Under the pieces are notes generated by a model. The model made no database searches. It was given only the letters and a program-made list of their open reading frames with translations, and had not been told where the DNA came from. 64,000 nt of DNA from Eledone cirrhosa (lineage: Eukaryota). Positions 26,968-39,198 of this stretch are shown here, one piece after another; positions within the stretch are counted from its first letter, which is position 1, and every line of letters starts with the position of its first letter. The stretch spans positions 71,734,001-71,798,000 of the forward strand of contig OZ024741.1 of assembly GCA_964016885.1 (NCBI GenBank), read 5' to 3'. The position numbers and the translations under genes were made by a program.

Positions 26968-27637
26968 CAGGGTTTCCCAACCTGGGCGATATCGCCCACC
27001 AGTGGGCGATTTCATCTATCGGGTGGGCGATTTCATCTATCGGGTGGGCGATTTCATCTATCGGGTGGACGATGAACGAATTTTTAGGAAATGGTGGCGG
27101 CAAAGGATTTTCAGTAATTAAGTATGTTATTGATCATATAATGGCTGGTATGCTGTAATCACAGAGCTTGGATTCGCTGTTCCCTAGTCTAGACTAAGGA
27201 AGTAATATCCAGCTGTAAGACTGTAATTCATATGTTTTCAACTGATTCATGTTTAGCAGTTTACGGCTGCCGAACTTGCGATTAAAATTGACAAGTTTGC
27301 AACCAAATGTGTCTGCACTAGCTGCGTCGCATCAGCCTCAAGGATCACACTGAAAACTAAACATGGTGAGTTTGTTGAACATTTAATACATGTATCATTT
27401 TTCAATTTTGTTTCATTGAGAAACATTTAGCAATCAAAAACTTCATGCTTCTGAATAACGTTTCAACTCCGAATGCCCATTTTGCAATATTTCATCTCAA
27501 TAAATATTTCATTTTTTAAGCAACCGTTCTGAATAATGCTTTATTTTTGCGTCCTTAAAGTTATTGCACTGGTGGGCGATGGGAATTTTTGTGTGTGGAA
27601 AAGTGGGTGATAACGACAAAAAGGTTGGGAACCCCTG
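26968..27637 (+). mobile_element. Non-autonomous hAT (Charlie/Buster-like) transposon
   Basis: TIRs CAGGGTTTCCCAACCT / AGGTTGGGAACCCCTG, perfect 8-bp TSD GTCTAAAC, 21-bp subterminal repeats and transposase C-terminal remnant LRLKLTSLQPNVSALAASHQPQGSH*. Confidence 0.92.
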
Positions 27638-27869
27638 GTCTAAACTATTCAATCTTCCTGACTTTGTTCGTATAATTGGGTAAAATAAAGAATTAGATTG
27701 TTTAATGATTTATCTTTTTCGTGGATTACATGGCAATTTTTCTAATTGTTATATAAATAATATAGTTGGCCACAAATTCTATTCTATATTATATATATTA
27801 TGACAGTAATTACACGTGGTACAGAAATGACATAGTTGGCTATTCTATATTATATGGGTGTAACAAAAA

Positions 27870-28775
27870 TGGAACGGTGGTCAGAGGTTGTGGGAAAGAT
27901 GAGAAGAGATCTGATTTTACAGGAGGTGAAAAAAGAAAAGGATGTCATAAGACTCTAGGTGGCAGTACAGCAGAGCCAACAGGGCCAGTGGATAATGTGG
28001 GAAGGTGCACTCCAGAAGTGTCTCAGCTGGAATGACTTGTGGCATATGGCGCCTCTTAGAATCAGTTTTATCCAGATCTGTCTATGGTCTAGCCTCGAAA
28101 AACCTAATGAAGTGGGGCAAATCCGATAACCACGAGTGTCCAATCTGCGAGGCTAGACAGACAGTGAAACACGTTCTGAGCTCATGGTTAGTTGCGCTAG
28201 CCCAAGGAAGATACACATGGAGACACAATCAAGTGCTTAAGGCGATCGTACATGTGGTTAGTATGGCAAAAGTAACATCTGTAGCACCAGAATCTCCAAC
28301 AATATCCTACACAACAAGAGGCAGCAAATAATGGCTGAGAACAGCTATGCTATATGGGGCACGGGAGTGGAGTCTTTTGGGTAGTACAGATAATTGGGAG
28401 TATACAGCAGACTACCTAGGATTAACAAAACAACCAGAAATCACCAGGAAGAGTGGTTTGAAGCTGGATATCGTACTCCATTTCAGTTCATCAAAGCAGC
28501 TGATTTTGATTGAAGTCACCATGCCATTTAAAATTAGAATAGAAGAAGCACATGAACAATATGTGGGTTTGGCCAACAGCCTGTGGGAAGCCAACTTCGA
28601 TGTCAAAGTTCTCACCATAAGTTGGAGCTAGAGGTTTTGTGGGCAAATCTGCCTACAATCTCATGAAATAACTCTGTCTCTGGGAAGGCAAGGACCAAAA
28701 CCCTAAAGGCAATATCAGAGGCAGTGGAGAGGAAGTCCTGTTGGATCTGGTTGAGGAGGAACAAAAACAACCTCC
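27870..28775 (+). mobile_element. Decayed HERO-like non-LTR retrotransposon 3' end (zinc knuckle + restriction-like endonuclease)
   Basis: QQGQW, CPIC...HVLSS, GRYTWRHNQVL, LDIVL..SSKQLILIEVT, VGARGFV and WIWLRR across frameshifts. Confidence 0.75.
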
Positions 28776-28796
28776 ATATCGTTTGAGGGCATTATA

Positions 28797-28870
28797 CGGG
28801 GTCGATAAAATAAAGTACCAGTAATGCACTGGGTAATTGCTGGCCTTGTGCCTAAAGTAGAAACAATTAT
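28797..28870 (+). mobile_element. Meta-type SINE 3' fragment
   Basis: GGGGTCGATAAAATAAAGTACCAGTAATGCACTGGG...AGAAACAATTAT. Confidence 0.7.
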
Positions 28871-29317
28871 GTTTGTATTTTAATGTATCTTGATGTGACA
28901 TTGGCCCCTTTAGAGTGTAAGAAGTTGAGGACTGAAATACATGCATCTTCTCTGAAGATCTGCTGTCTAGCTCTCCCGAGAGTTTCTTACCACTATGGTA
29001 TTATGATCTTAATTGTATAGAAATAATATAGTTGGCCACACATTTTATTTTTATTTATACCTATTATGACAGCATTCACTAAATGACATTTCACTATTAT
29101 TACTATTGACTGTTGTTATTACTGTTGACTTGTTATAAACATTGACTGTTGTTCTTACTGTTGAAGTCTGGGGAGGAATCTTATCGGGTTGACTTGGATG
29201 GAGGTGGGATGCAATTAATTAGCTTAACTCTTTCATTACTGTGCTTCTAATGAAACACATTGCTTACATGTCTTAATCAATTTGGAGGAATTCCATAAAA
29301 TAAAGTTTTTCATAGGT

Positions 29318-29592
29318 CAGCAACTAAAGATCTTCACATGTCAGGCACATGGACAGCTTGCCTGGGACCTTTCACATGTCAGACATAGTTTAGCTAGGAC
29401 ATTCACTAGACACAGTTTAGCTAGGACATTCACATGCCATACATAGATGGGCTTCTTAGCTAGGGTTTTCACATTTCAGACATGTGGACTGCTTATCTAG
29501 GACCTTCACATACCAGACATATGTGGACAGCTTAGCTAGGACCTTCGCATGCAAGACATAGGTAAGCAGCCTAAGGGGGCCTTCACATGCCA
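29318..29592. repeat. Degenerate ~38-40 bp minisatellite
   Basis: Recurrent GGACAGCTTAGCTAGGACCTTCACATG.CAGACAT. Confidence 0.75.
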
Positions 29593-30974
29593 ACGGATTT
29601 TCTCATCTCAGTTACAACAGCATTGTTTTTCCTGAAGTTTTCAAGAGCAAAGGACATGTAATAAGTGACAGAGGAGAGCAAGATGTTTCTAGTAAATCTG
29701 ACTCTTTGGAATTTGTACCAGTGGCTATAATAAAGTGAAATAGACTTGAAGGTGATAAACAGCAGTTCTTGTTTACAACTGTTTCCATCATCTTTGAGAT
29801 GAAATTTAGGAAGTGTGAGGATATTGAACCAGTGACTCTTCAACTAGCATGCCAGCATCTTAACTTTAGACTGACCAACTGTAGCTTTCTGCTTTATGGA
29901 TTATGCTATTTATGCTATTATGAGATATAGTTGTCTGTTATATGGCTATTACACCTACCTGTTCCACCCAAGTCCTGTCAACAACACACCTGCACCAATC
30001 ACTAAAGCAGCTGTTTTTCTTGTTTTAACCTGTACTGAATTTTTCAAAGGTGCTAGTTGTATATACAATTTGTTTCAATCTGTTTACCTTTCCTCTGTTT
30101 ATTTTCTAAATGCATTAGTTTCTAAATCACTTTATCAGGTGTGGTAACATTTACATTATTGTATATATATTATCATTTATCTATACTGTATTTCCGAAAC
30201 TATCAAGTACCCTTGTAGTTCTTAGTCATTTATTATTGCTTGTTGAGACTCTGGTATTTACTATATAATTTAGTCTATTGATCTCCCCTTATTTGCTCAC
30301 ACCTCCCTCTTTTTACATGATCTATTGATCCTTAATTATATCTTATCTTAGTTCCTTGTAGTATACTTAATAGCTCCGGCTGTTGTTGACAAAGGTTGTG
30401 GTGAGATAACTGCTAAACCTTATACTCTTGATAAATGGTTTTTCCTGCTCTCTATCATCATCATTGTCATCATTGTTGCTAACACTGTTACATATTGTTA
30501 GTTGTCTCTGTTAATAAGTGGATCTCTCCCCTCTCTCTCTGTCTGTCATCACCATCATCATTGTCATCACCATCATTATTGTCATCACCATCATTATCAC
30601 TGTCATCATTGTTGCTTACATTGTTATACATTGTTAGTTGTTTCTGTGAACAACTTGATCTCTCCTCCCTTCCCTCTATCACCATCATCATCCTCATCAC
30701 CATCATACTTTGTAATTAGAATTGGTAATGTATGTATTGATTTTATTATGAAAATACCTGTATTGTATTGAACTTGTAACACCCAATTACAAATAATGCA
30801 TACTTGAATAATAATATTTGTAACACCTAGGCATAATTACATCTTCAAGAAGATGCCTCACATTTATTCACCTTCAGTGAACATAGCCTTGGCCAGAAGG
30901 CATTAATGTTATCGGACGGTGTCCAACGTTCATTAGGTGTTTTGACCCTCAACTCTCATTAGAGTGCCACTATA

Positions 30975-31202
30975 AAAGACACCCAGCCCACACTGTAAAG
31001 TGGTTGTTATGGTGTTACGACAAAAAGCACTCAGCAAACACTATAAATGTGGTTAATGTTAGGAAGGGCATCCAGCCATAGAAACCAAGCGAGAAAATGT
31101 TCTGTATGAGCAAGGCATGGTCATCTGACCTAGCTTGTCTCACAATGGGACAGCTCGTCTAACCCATGCTAGTGTGGAAAAATGGATGTTGAACGGGGAT
31201 GA

Positions 31203-31206
<4 letters not shown>
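30975..31206 (+). mobile_element. RTE-type 3' tail remnant
   Basis: GTTAGGAAGGGCATCCAGCC...AACCCATGCTAGTGTGGAAAA..GATGATGAT. Confidence 0.7.
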
Positions 31207-31256
<50 letters not shown>

Positions 31257-31261
<5 letters not shown>

Positions 31262-32616
31262 CATCATCATCATCATTTTACGTCCGCTTTTCCCTGCTTG
31301 CAAGGGTGGGACGGGTCTTATTCAGCACAGCATCTCTCCACTCGTCACGGTCCCTCGTCATCTCCACCGTGAGCTTCAATGATCTGAGGTCTGTTCTCAC
31401 CACCTCCGCCCATGTTTTTCGTGGTCTACCTCTACCACGTCTTCCTTCAACTGGCATTTCCTGGCACTTCTTCACCCATCGGTCATCCTCCATGCGCATC
31501 ACATGTCCATACCACCTCAGTCTCCTCTCCCGTACACTACATTCTATCCCTCTCAGACACAGTTTCTCTCTCAACACATTTATGCTGGGTCGTTCACGCA
31601 CATTTACACTGCACATCCAACGGAGCATGCTTGCCTCATTTCTCTCCAGCCGTCGCATATCTTCTGCGGTAGCTGCCCATGTCTCACTACCATGCAGCAT
31701 CGCGCTCCTCACACAGGCATCATACAACCGGCCTTTCGTACGCAGGGAGAAACCCTTCTTCGTCAACAGAGGAAGCAGCTCCCTAAACTTCTTCCAACCC
31801 GTCCTTATTCTAGATACTATGGCCTCGGAACACCCTCCTCCCATGCTAATCTGATCTCCTAGGTACCGGAAGCTATCCACCACTTCTATAGCGCCCTCTC
31901 GCATTTGAAAAATGTGTCTATCAGTGCGACTTCTACTGTCTAATTTCCCTGTACATCTACTGCATACATATTTCTCCCTACCTGTTAGTTTGCCTGCTAT
32001 CCCGCTACATCTCTTGTGTACCCAGGACCTACATTGTGTGCATTTTATAGAATTTATGCCAGTTCCTTTTCTGCATATCGAACATGGCCATTTCCCTGAC
32101 GGAATCAGGGTTTTGTCCTCTTTTCTACTCATCAACACTTTTGTCTTAGCTAGATTTACTCTCAGTCCTCTTGCTTCCAACTGCTGTTTCCATAGCCGGA
32201 ATTTATTCTCTAGCTCCTCTACTGATTCTGCCATAAGAGCCAGATCGTCAGCATAGAGAAGTTCCCATGGACAGCCAGTCTTAAACTCCTCTGTTATGGC
32301 TTGGAGGACTATAATGAACAAGAGCGGGCTGAGGACCGAACCCTGATGTACTCCTACTTGTATCTGGAATTCCTCACTAAACTCCATTCCTACCCTGACT
32401 TTACTGAGAGTACCTCTGTACAAAGTTTGCACTGTCCTTACAAGCCATTCCTCAACACCCAGCTTCCTTAGGGACCACCAGATGACAGATCGGGGTACCC
32501 TATCAAAGGCCTTCTCTAGGTCAACAAAGGCTAAGTATAGTGGCTTATTCTTCTCTAAGAACCTCTCTTGCATTTGTCTCACCAAGAAGAGGGCATCTGT
32601 TGTACTCTTCCCAGGC

Positions 32617-32618
<2 letters not shown>
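31257..32618 (-). mobile_element. RTE subfamily B LINE, 5'-truncated, uninterrupted 446-aa RT/PHD ORF, flanked on both sides by (TA)n
   Basis: FVDLEKAFDRV, GVHQGSVLSP, LYADD and PHD-like insert. The stop codon directly precedes (ATG)n. Confidence 0.93.
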
Positions 32619-32647
<29 letters not shown>

Positions 32648-33596
32648 TGATATACTAGCTGAGCTACCCGGTGATACCCGGGTATTTTATAAAAGTTACA
32701 ATATATTTGGCACACATTACAAAGTATTTGACCATTCAAATATGATTGCTGAATTTTAACCAATGTAGGAATTATAGCAGAATATTTATTGCCGTTTGGT
32801 CAAAGTAAATAAAAATATTAGTTTTTTCCAGTGGTGATTTTTTGAATACTGCTCCCTATTACAGTCAGCATATATAATGCTTTACTCATAGATGAATCAT
32901 TAGGTATGTTGTCAGTGAAAAGGGCATGACCCAAAAAATACATTAAGATTTTTTTTTTTATCCTTTTCTTTCTTCCTTTCTTTTTTTTTTTTTTTTGCTC
33001 AATCTGAACTTCTGAAATTCAAACAACATGTAAAGACTATTTTAAAAACCATAAATAAAATCAGAAAATAAATTTAGCATTGGTTTATGATTGAATGAAG
33101 CGTTTACTTACTCATTTCTGTAATTCGGGGAAAGTGTATTTAAATTTGTACACTAGCTTTCACCAATCTTTGCCTCTATGGCAGTAGGATCTTGTTTGAG
33201 GGAGATTTGTTTTCTATTTCTATTAGTTATACCAACAATTATAGTGGCTCACATGACATATATAGATACATACACACACATGTATGTGTGTAAGACAGTT
33301 GTTTGTGATTTGAAATGGATTTTGCTAATATTTCTAGTAGATCGAGTTATCACATAGAACCATTATTTTTTGCTTCATACATATATGCATACCTGAGAAA
33401 GTAAGGTGGGATTTGAAGGAAATTTGGCTGCTATTTCTACCCAACAAAGTCCTCACTTATACTACTTTATATAGCAGAGGTACCCAGGAATGCCTGCATA
33501 TTCTTCCAAAATAACACCATGCAGTAAATTTGCGGCTTCAGAATTCCTTGCAGGGATGTGTGTGTATTGTCATTGAATGAGGAATTACGACATTGC

Positions 33597-34136
33597 TCAT
33601 GCCAAAGCCTCTGGATAAACAACATTCTTGGTTTTGCCCTGTGGTGCCACAATGAAGAGACAATCAGGGTTCCCAACTCTTGTTGTGCCAACATAGAGTT
33701 GACCGTGTGAAAAGTCAGGATCTGCCAGATTCAACCCAACGACTTTCAATGATTGCCCTTGAGATTTATTAATGGTCATGGCAAAACTGAGCCTGATCGG
33801 AAATTGAAGTCTTTGAAATTCAAATGGCAAATCATTTGGCTTCAGAGGTATTCTGGGAATGAAACAATTGTCACCAGCAAATTTTCCTGACATGATTGCA
33901 ACTTCTAGAACATTGGACATCATATTTTTGATGATGAGTCTTGTGCCATTACAAAGTTTTGGAGGATCCAGATTGCGAAGTAGCATAACCGATGCTCCAA
34001 GCTTCAGTATCAGGTTGTGTGGAGGAATTCTCTCTTGTTCAAGACTGTTCAAAAATTCAGTTGGATAGTTTACAACCTGATCTTGAGAAGTGATTGTGTC
34101 AACTGATTTGTAGCATATTTTCTCTCCCGGTAACAT
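33597..34136 (-). pseudogene. Helitron Pif1-like helicase C-terminal fragment
   Basis: QFPIRLSFAMTINKSQGQSL and HGQLYV motifs. The upstream frame is broken. Confidence 0.9.
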
Positions 34137-34469
34137 CTCCAGCAGCCTTCTGTTGATTTTATTTCACAGCAACATTTTTAGGTGCTAAGATTGCTCGTTC
34201 ACAGAGCCATTTCGGATCACATTGCCTGGTCTGAATGTTTGGAAACACTCTGGCAATCAGTTCTTGTTCTGTGTCAATGATATGGCCAAATGACAACTGA
34301 ATATGGTCATTGGAGTCTTTTTCAAGAAGTCCATTTCCCAATTTAAGTAGTTAGATGGCAAACTCACTGATACCTTCATCACCAGTTAAGTGCACTCGCA
34401 TATTGGTTGTAAGGCTCAGCAGCTGAAAGTTGGGCCAGAGATAGGATGTTTTCAGACAGGCATTGACCT

Positions 34470-35489
34470 TGTAGCGCTCTCTTCCTGTCGAAATTCTAGA
34501 ACCTTCTTTGTAACTTCCGGAAAAAGGATATAAATAGAAGCAATGCATTCAATCTTTCTCTCTTTTCACCTTTTGGCTGCCTGGCCTTGGTCCAGGCGTG
34601 GTTACGCCAAAGGTATACTCTCTTTTGGCGCTTTCCTTTCGGATTGACAACACAGGACACAAGCATGTTATCTTCTCTCTAATCATACACTATGGACCTG
34701 GAATACTTAATATGCAGAAGAATATTTACTAACCACAATTGTAACATGAAGCACCAATAAATGAAAATTTAAATTTGATACTCGTTTTGAGATACTGCCT
34801 GCGTTTTTATCATTACCTTTGTGTTGAGAAATTAACTCTCACTCGACATGGTGTTAAGTGAAATCTCTTATCTTTCCTTAAAAAACTTAGTAGTTAGATT
34901 CCGGTGGTATTTACTTAAGTGAATAACTCTGGGTGGTCATGTTATAAATAGCAAACAGCCAGTCATTTGACACAGCGGCATACATAACACTGGCCCCTTA
35001 GCGCCTCATTCATAATTTTCTTCTTGCATTCATTCATTCATTTTTTTTGGTTGATGTGCTCTTTTTCAGCGTTTTCACACTGGTGACGTGTCCGAATTCA
35101 CTTTTTCTTATTTTTCACCCTTCTGGTCTAAACAGGGGGTATTGTAGCAAAGCTACTTGCCAGTAGACCATGCATTCCTCTACTTAAAACTCTTAATTTT
35201 GTTTGTTACTGTTTGTTTGACATGTTATCTCAACTCAACTCAACTCTTTGTATTTAGTTGTAAAAATGCATTACTTGTTTTATGCTTATTTTTGCTATTT
35301 GCTTGCTCATGTTTGTTTCATTCATGTTCTTGTACCTTTTGTTTTGCTCCTCATGTTCTCGCTACAATGATTTCATTTGGTCATTCGACTTCTCGTCTGA
35401 GAGGGGAGTCTTGTAGTGCTCTCTAAACAAGGGAAGTAGCTAGAGTTACTTCCCGTCGAAATTCTAGAACCTTCTTTGTAACTTCCGGA
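34470..35489 (+). mobile_element. Small non-coding LTR retrotransposon (TRIM-like) nested in the Helitron, 3' LTR truncated
   Basis: 5' LTR TGTAG...CGACA at 34470-34848 with TATAAATA and AATAAA. PBS-like TGGTGTTAAGTG follows at 34849. PPT GAGAGGGGAG precedes the second LTR, which starts TGTAG at 35412 and shares a ~40 bp block. Confidence 0.8.
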
Positions 35490-36545
35490 TTATGCAATGC
35501 TTGAATATCGTAGTTTGTCTCCTGAAAAATGTCTTGTGCTACCTCCATTTCTTCATCTGGCTCTGGCATCCCGCAGTTAGCTAATGTGCTATTCATTGCC
35601 TGAACTCGATGGGACAAGTCACAGAGAGCTTGATTGTAAATCCTGGGGGTATATTCCATATACATATTGCCATGATGTCTTCGGGCTAGGTGTAGATAGT
35701 TGTCCGACATATCGTTTTTGTAATCCTGCCAGAGTAGATGAGCTTCATCAATTCCACATGCTGTGAGCATAATAGCAAATAATTGTCTTATTTGACTGGC
35801 TACTTGAGTGATTGCTGCTTCTTCGAGGTACTTCTTCCATTGTCCATTGTCATGCAGGAGTCCATGCTGTTTACATGCTTCTTGGTATGTTGCGCACTCC
35901 CTTCCTCTGAAGCACCTAAGATCCTCCAATGACATTGGTCCTCGAACAGTATGCAGAAGTAGCCGTAAATAAAAACATTCTCTGTTGTTGGGATAGACAT
36001 TGTAAACGCGCCCAATAGCATCACTTGACTTGACTTCATGATCTTCCACTAAATGACCCTGCTTTCTCAGATTCCAGGTCTTGCAATTGGTCCAGGTGTA
36101 GTATGTTGGGACTTCAGCATATAGGAGGGATCGAGCAAATTCATCATTCTGGCAGAGTTTAAAGAAAGCAGTTAGTGTAGTGTCATGTGATGCTTGTGCC
36201 AATTGATGAGCAGTGATCTCAGTGAAGTACTCTCGCTGTCCATTTTCCAGATGGACTGCGAGGTTGACCACTGATGGGTGGCGTTGATAGAGATCAAATC
36301 CAAAGATTCGCCAGATAGCTTCATTGCTGGAGATGTATCGACCTGTTTGATACCATTTGACCTCATCCAGCTCACCATCATTGAGTTCTTTGTCAGTAAT
36401 AAAGGTAGCCATGTCACTGCCCTTGTTGATATTTTTTGTGACATATAGGATTGCCTTGACGGAGCTGCAATACTCAACATATGATATGAGCTTTTAAAAG
36501 TTTACACAATTTGTTGTGTGGGACGACCCACTGATTGTTTATGGT
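35490..36545 (-). pseudogene. Helitron RepHel central region fragment
   Basis: NQWVVPHN, NKGSDMATF, RHPSVVNLAVHLENGQ, TTLTAFFKLC and ECFYLRLLL. Confidence 0.88.
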
Positions 36546-39106
36546 TAGCTCCTCTCCTCGAACTGTTAGGCTTGCAGTATTACCTCCAGGTTCTGGTTTA
36601 CGCCTACGATAAAGGGTGTATCCATTATTGTCAGTCCCAGTTTCTCGAATAAAAGCTCTAGGATAATGTTTGCTGCATTTTTGATCTTTTTACTGCTGTT
36701 CCTTAATTTGTTGTTCTCGTGTAGCAGCAGTCCTTTGTTCCCTTTCATCCAAACGGTGTGCTTGTGCTAAACCTGTTTGGGCTCTGTTAGCAGCTAGACG
36801 GGCATGCCAAACTTCTTCACTTTCTTCAGATCGCTGTGTTCTCTTTGTCTTAGCCTCTGAAGATGACTTTCCATATAATGATCTGGAACGTTTTCTAGGC
36901 ATTTGAAGTGATATTATTACACATCACAATAAAATAAAGTACCAGTAATGCACTGGAATAATTGCTGGCCTTGTGCCAAAAGTAGAAACAATTATTACAC
37001 ACCACACTCTTTCCGAAATAGAAACAACTATAGAATGTATTGTTCACTCAGTAAAGTTGTTTTAAATGATCTCTTTATATGAATGTATATTAGGTGTAAT
37101 TAATTTTAGACATATGTAGAAAATATTGGGATTTCAGATTGTATTAAAACAAAACGACAAACACTACATATATAGACATATGTAGAAAATAAGCTTTGAT
37201 GGTAACATATATCGTCTGCTAAAGAACGCCCCCACCCCGTTATATGAATGTATATTAGGTGTAATTAATTTTAGACATATGTAGAAAATATTAGGATTTC
37301 AGATTGTATCCAAAAAAACGACAAAGACTACAAAAAAAATATTTTCTGTGTTAATTCAAATAACAGCGGAAAATGATATATTCAAATAATATCTTTTAAA
37401 AATACCGTTTTTTCTTGTCTGTTAAATACATACATATATACAACTTCTATAAAAGCATCTGTGATTTCTTTAGACATATGTAGAAAATAAGCTTTGATGG
37501 TAACATATATCTTCTGCTAAAGAACACCCCCCCCCCCCTCTCATGACACGTGTGTGTAAATATATATATAAACGTGGACACACGTTAGTTAAAGAATCCC
37601 TCCAATCACCCTCCCTCTCTCCTGCCTCTTTACTTTTTTTTCTCTCTCCCATCTTTTCTCTTTTCTTATTGTCTTTCTCTCCCCATCCGCCTCACTCCCT
37701 TTCTCTTTCTCATCTCCTCTCTTTCTTTCTCTCACTCATCCTCTACAAAAATTTAATAAAAGATAAATAACATTGGGAGAGTTAAGAAGTGTGTAAAAAT
37801 AATAAATAAATAAAGTTAATGAACCCTTGCTACTTTCCTTCTCTCTCTCCCATCCCATTACTCTCTCTTTTTCTCTCTCACATCCCCCCTCTCTCTACGG
37901 AATAGAGAACAAAAAATAAAGAAAAGATAAATAACGTTAAGGAAGCGGGAGAGTTAAAAAGTGTGTAAAAATAATAAATAAATAAAACTTAAGAATACTG
38001 GTTACTTTCTCTCTCTCTTTCGTCTTTCTCTCTCATCCCCTTACTCTCTTTCTTTCTCTCTCACATCCCCTTACTCTCTCTCTCCCATCTCCCACTCCCA
38101 TCGACTCACTCTCTCTCCCATCCACTCACTCTCTCTCTTTCTCTCTCCCATCCCTCACTCTCTTACCTACAGACTGAAGAACATAAAAAACAAAATGGAT
38201 GATCACTTTTGATATTCATTAGAAAATAAGATAAATTGAATTTAAATAAATTCCTTGCTTTGCAAAGTAAAACTTTTTTGACCGTTATCTGTCCGAGTGT
38301 ATAGTGAATATGTACATGTAATTTTGAGGAGTTTGGTCCGGTAGTTTGTTAGTTTTAGGCGGACACACAGAATCGTAAACTTGCATTTATATATATATAT
38401 AGATATAGATGTAGTTGACATTAGGAAAAGCATCCAGCCATAGAGAACCAAGCCCCAAAATGCATCATTTGAATAAGATGGTGTCACTTGATTTTCCTAG
38501 CCTCATAACATAACAATAACAGCCTGTGTAATCCATTTTGGGTTTTGTTTTTGTAACAGCTTAATGGATTATATAAATGAAATCTATGTCTTGTAGTGGC
38601 TGACTTGTTCTATACCTCTCCACATATGTTCACATCTGATGATGCTATAATTGTCTAAATCTGACTACAACATTGTCGTAGCTGCAAATAGAATTATCAT
38701 AGAAACAATTGTTCCGCAATAAACATATGGTATTGATCTCCTCGTTTCCTGATTTTACTATACTGTTCATCAGATGGTACTGGATTCCAGAAATTACAAC
38801 AGTGGTGAAATATACGTTTATTGTCATTCGGGAGCACAGTGTCATCTAGTTTATCTAACAATCATATTGCATGCTGAATGTGTTTTACGCCAAGATTATT
38901 GCTTTTTATAATCTACTAGACCAAATATAAATTGTCTGTGTTTTCTTGGCTGGAGTGGACAAAACCTTTTTGAGACAGAATTTTATGGCTGGCTACCCTT
39001 TCTTATGACAACTCAGTTTTTCATTTTTCAAGTGAAGTTTGGATCTTTGACTATCTAATTATTGAGCAGCATGATCTCTTTTTACATGGAACATAAACAA
39101 TATACA

Positions 39107-39141
<35 letters not shown>

Positions 39142-39159
39142 TACATACATATATATACA

Positions 39160-39198
<39 letters not shown>

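Larger units (their letters stand above)
32655..38403 (-). mobile_element. Decayed autonomous-type Helitron (RepHel pseudogene)
   Basis: Termini A|TCTATATA... and CCCGGGTATCACCGGG..CTAG|T. ORF pieces MPRKR.., INKGSDMATF, GRYISSNEAIWRIF, FYLRLLL and the Pif1 C-terminus LRNLDPPKLCNGTRL, FAMTINKSQGQSL, FSHGQLYV. Confidence 0.9.

Noticed and set aside
29318-29592. CRISPR-like periodic repeats (also 50675-50900 and 60655-61035)
   Set aside because: These are degenerate tandem units without unique spacers, with no cas genes and in a eukaryotic context.
29600-30870. Possible decayed element with a hammerhead-like motif near 30820-30850 on the minus strand
   Set aside because: Both core boxes are mutated and no protein motif is recognisable.
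31135-31854. 239-aa plus-strand ORF and similar antisense ORFs (326-826, 55699-56145)
   Set aside because: Antisense shadows of RTE coding sequence.
38645-38845. Possible host exon in unique-looking sequence
   Set aside because: Short, with no recognisable domain and no convincing splice sites.
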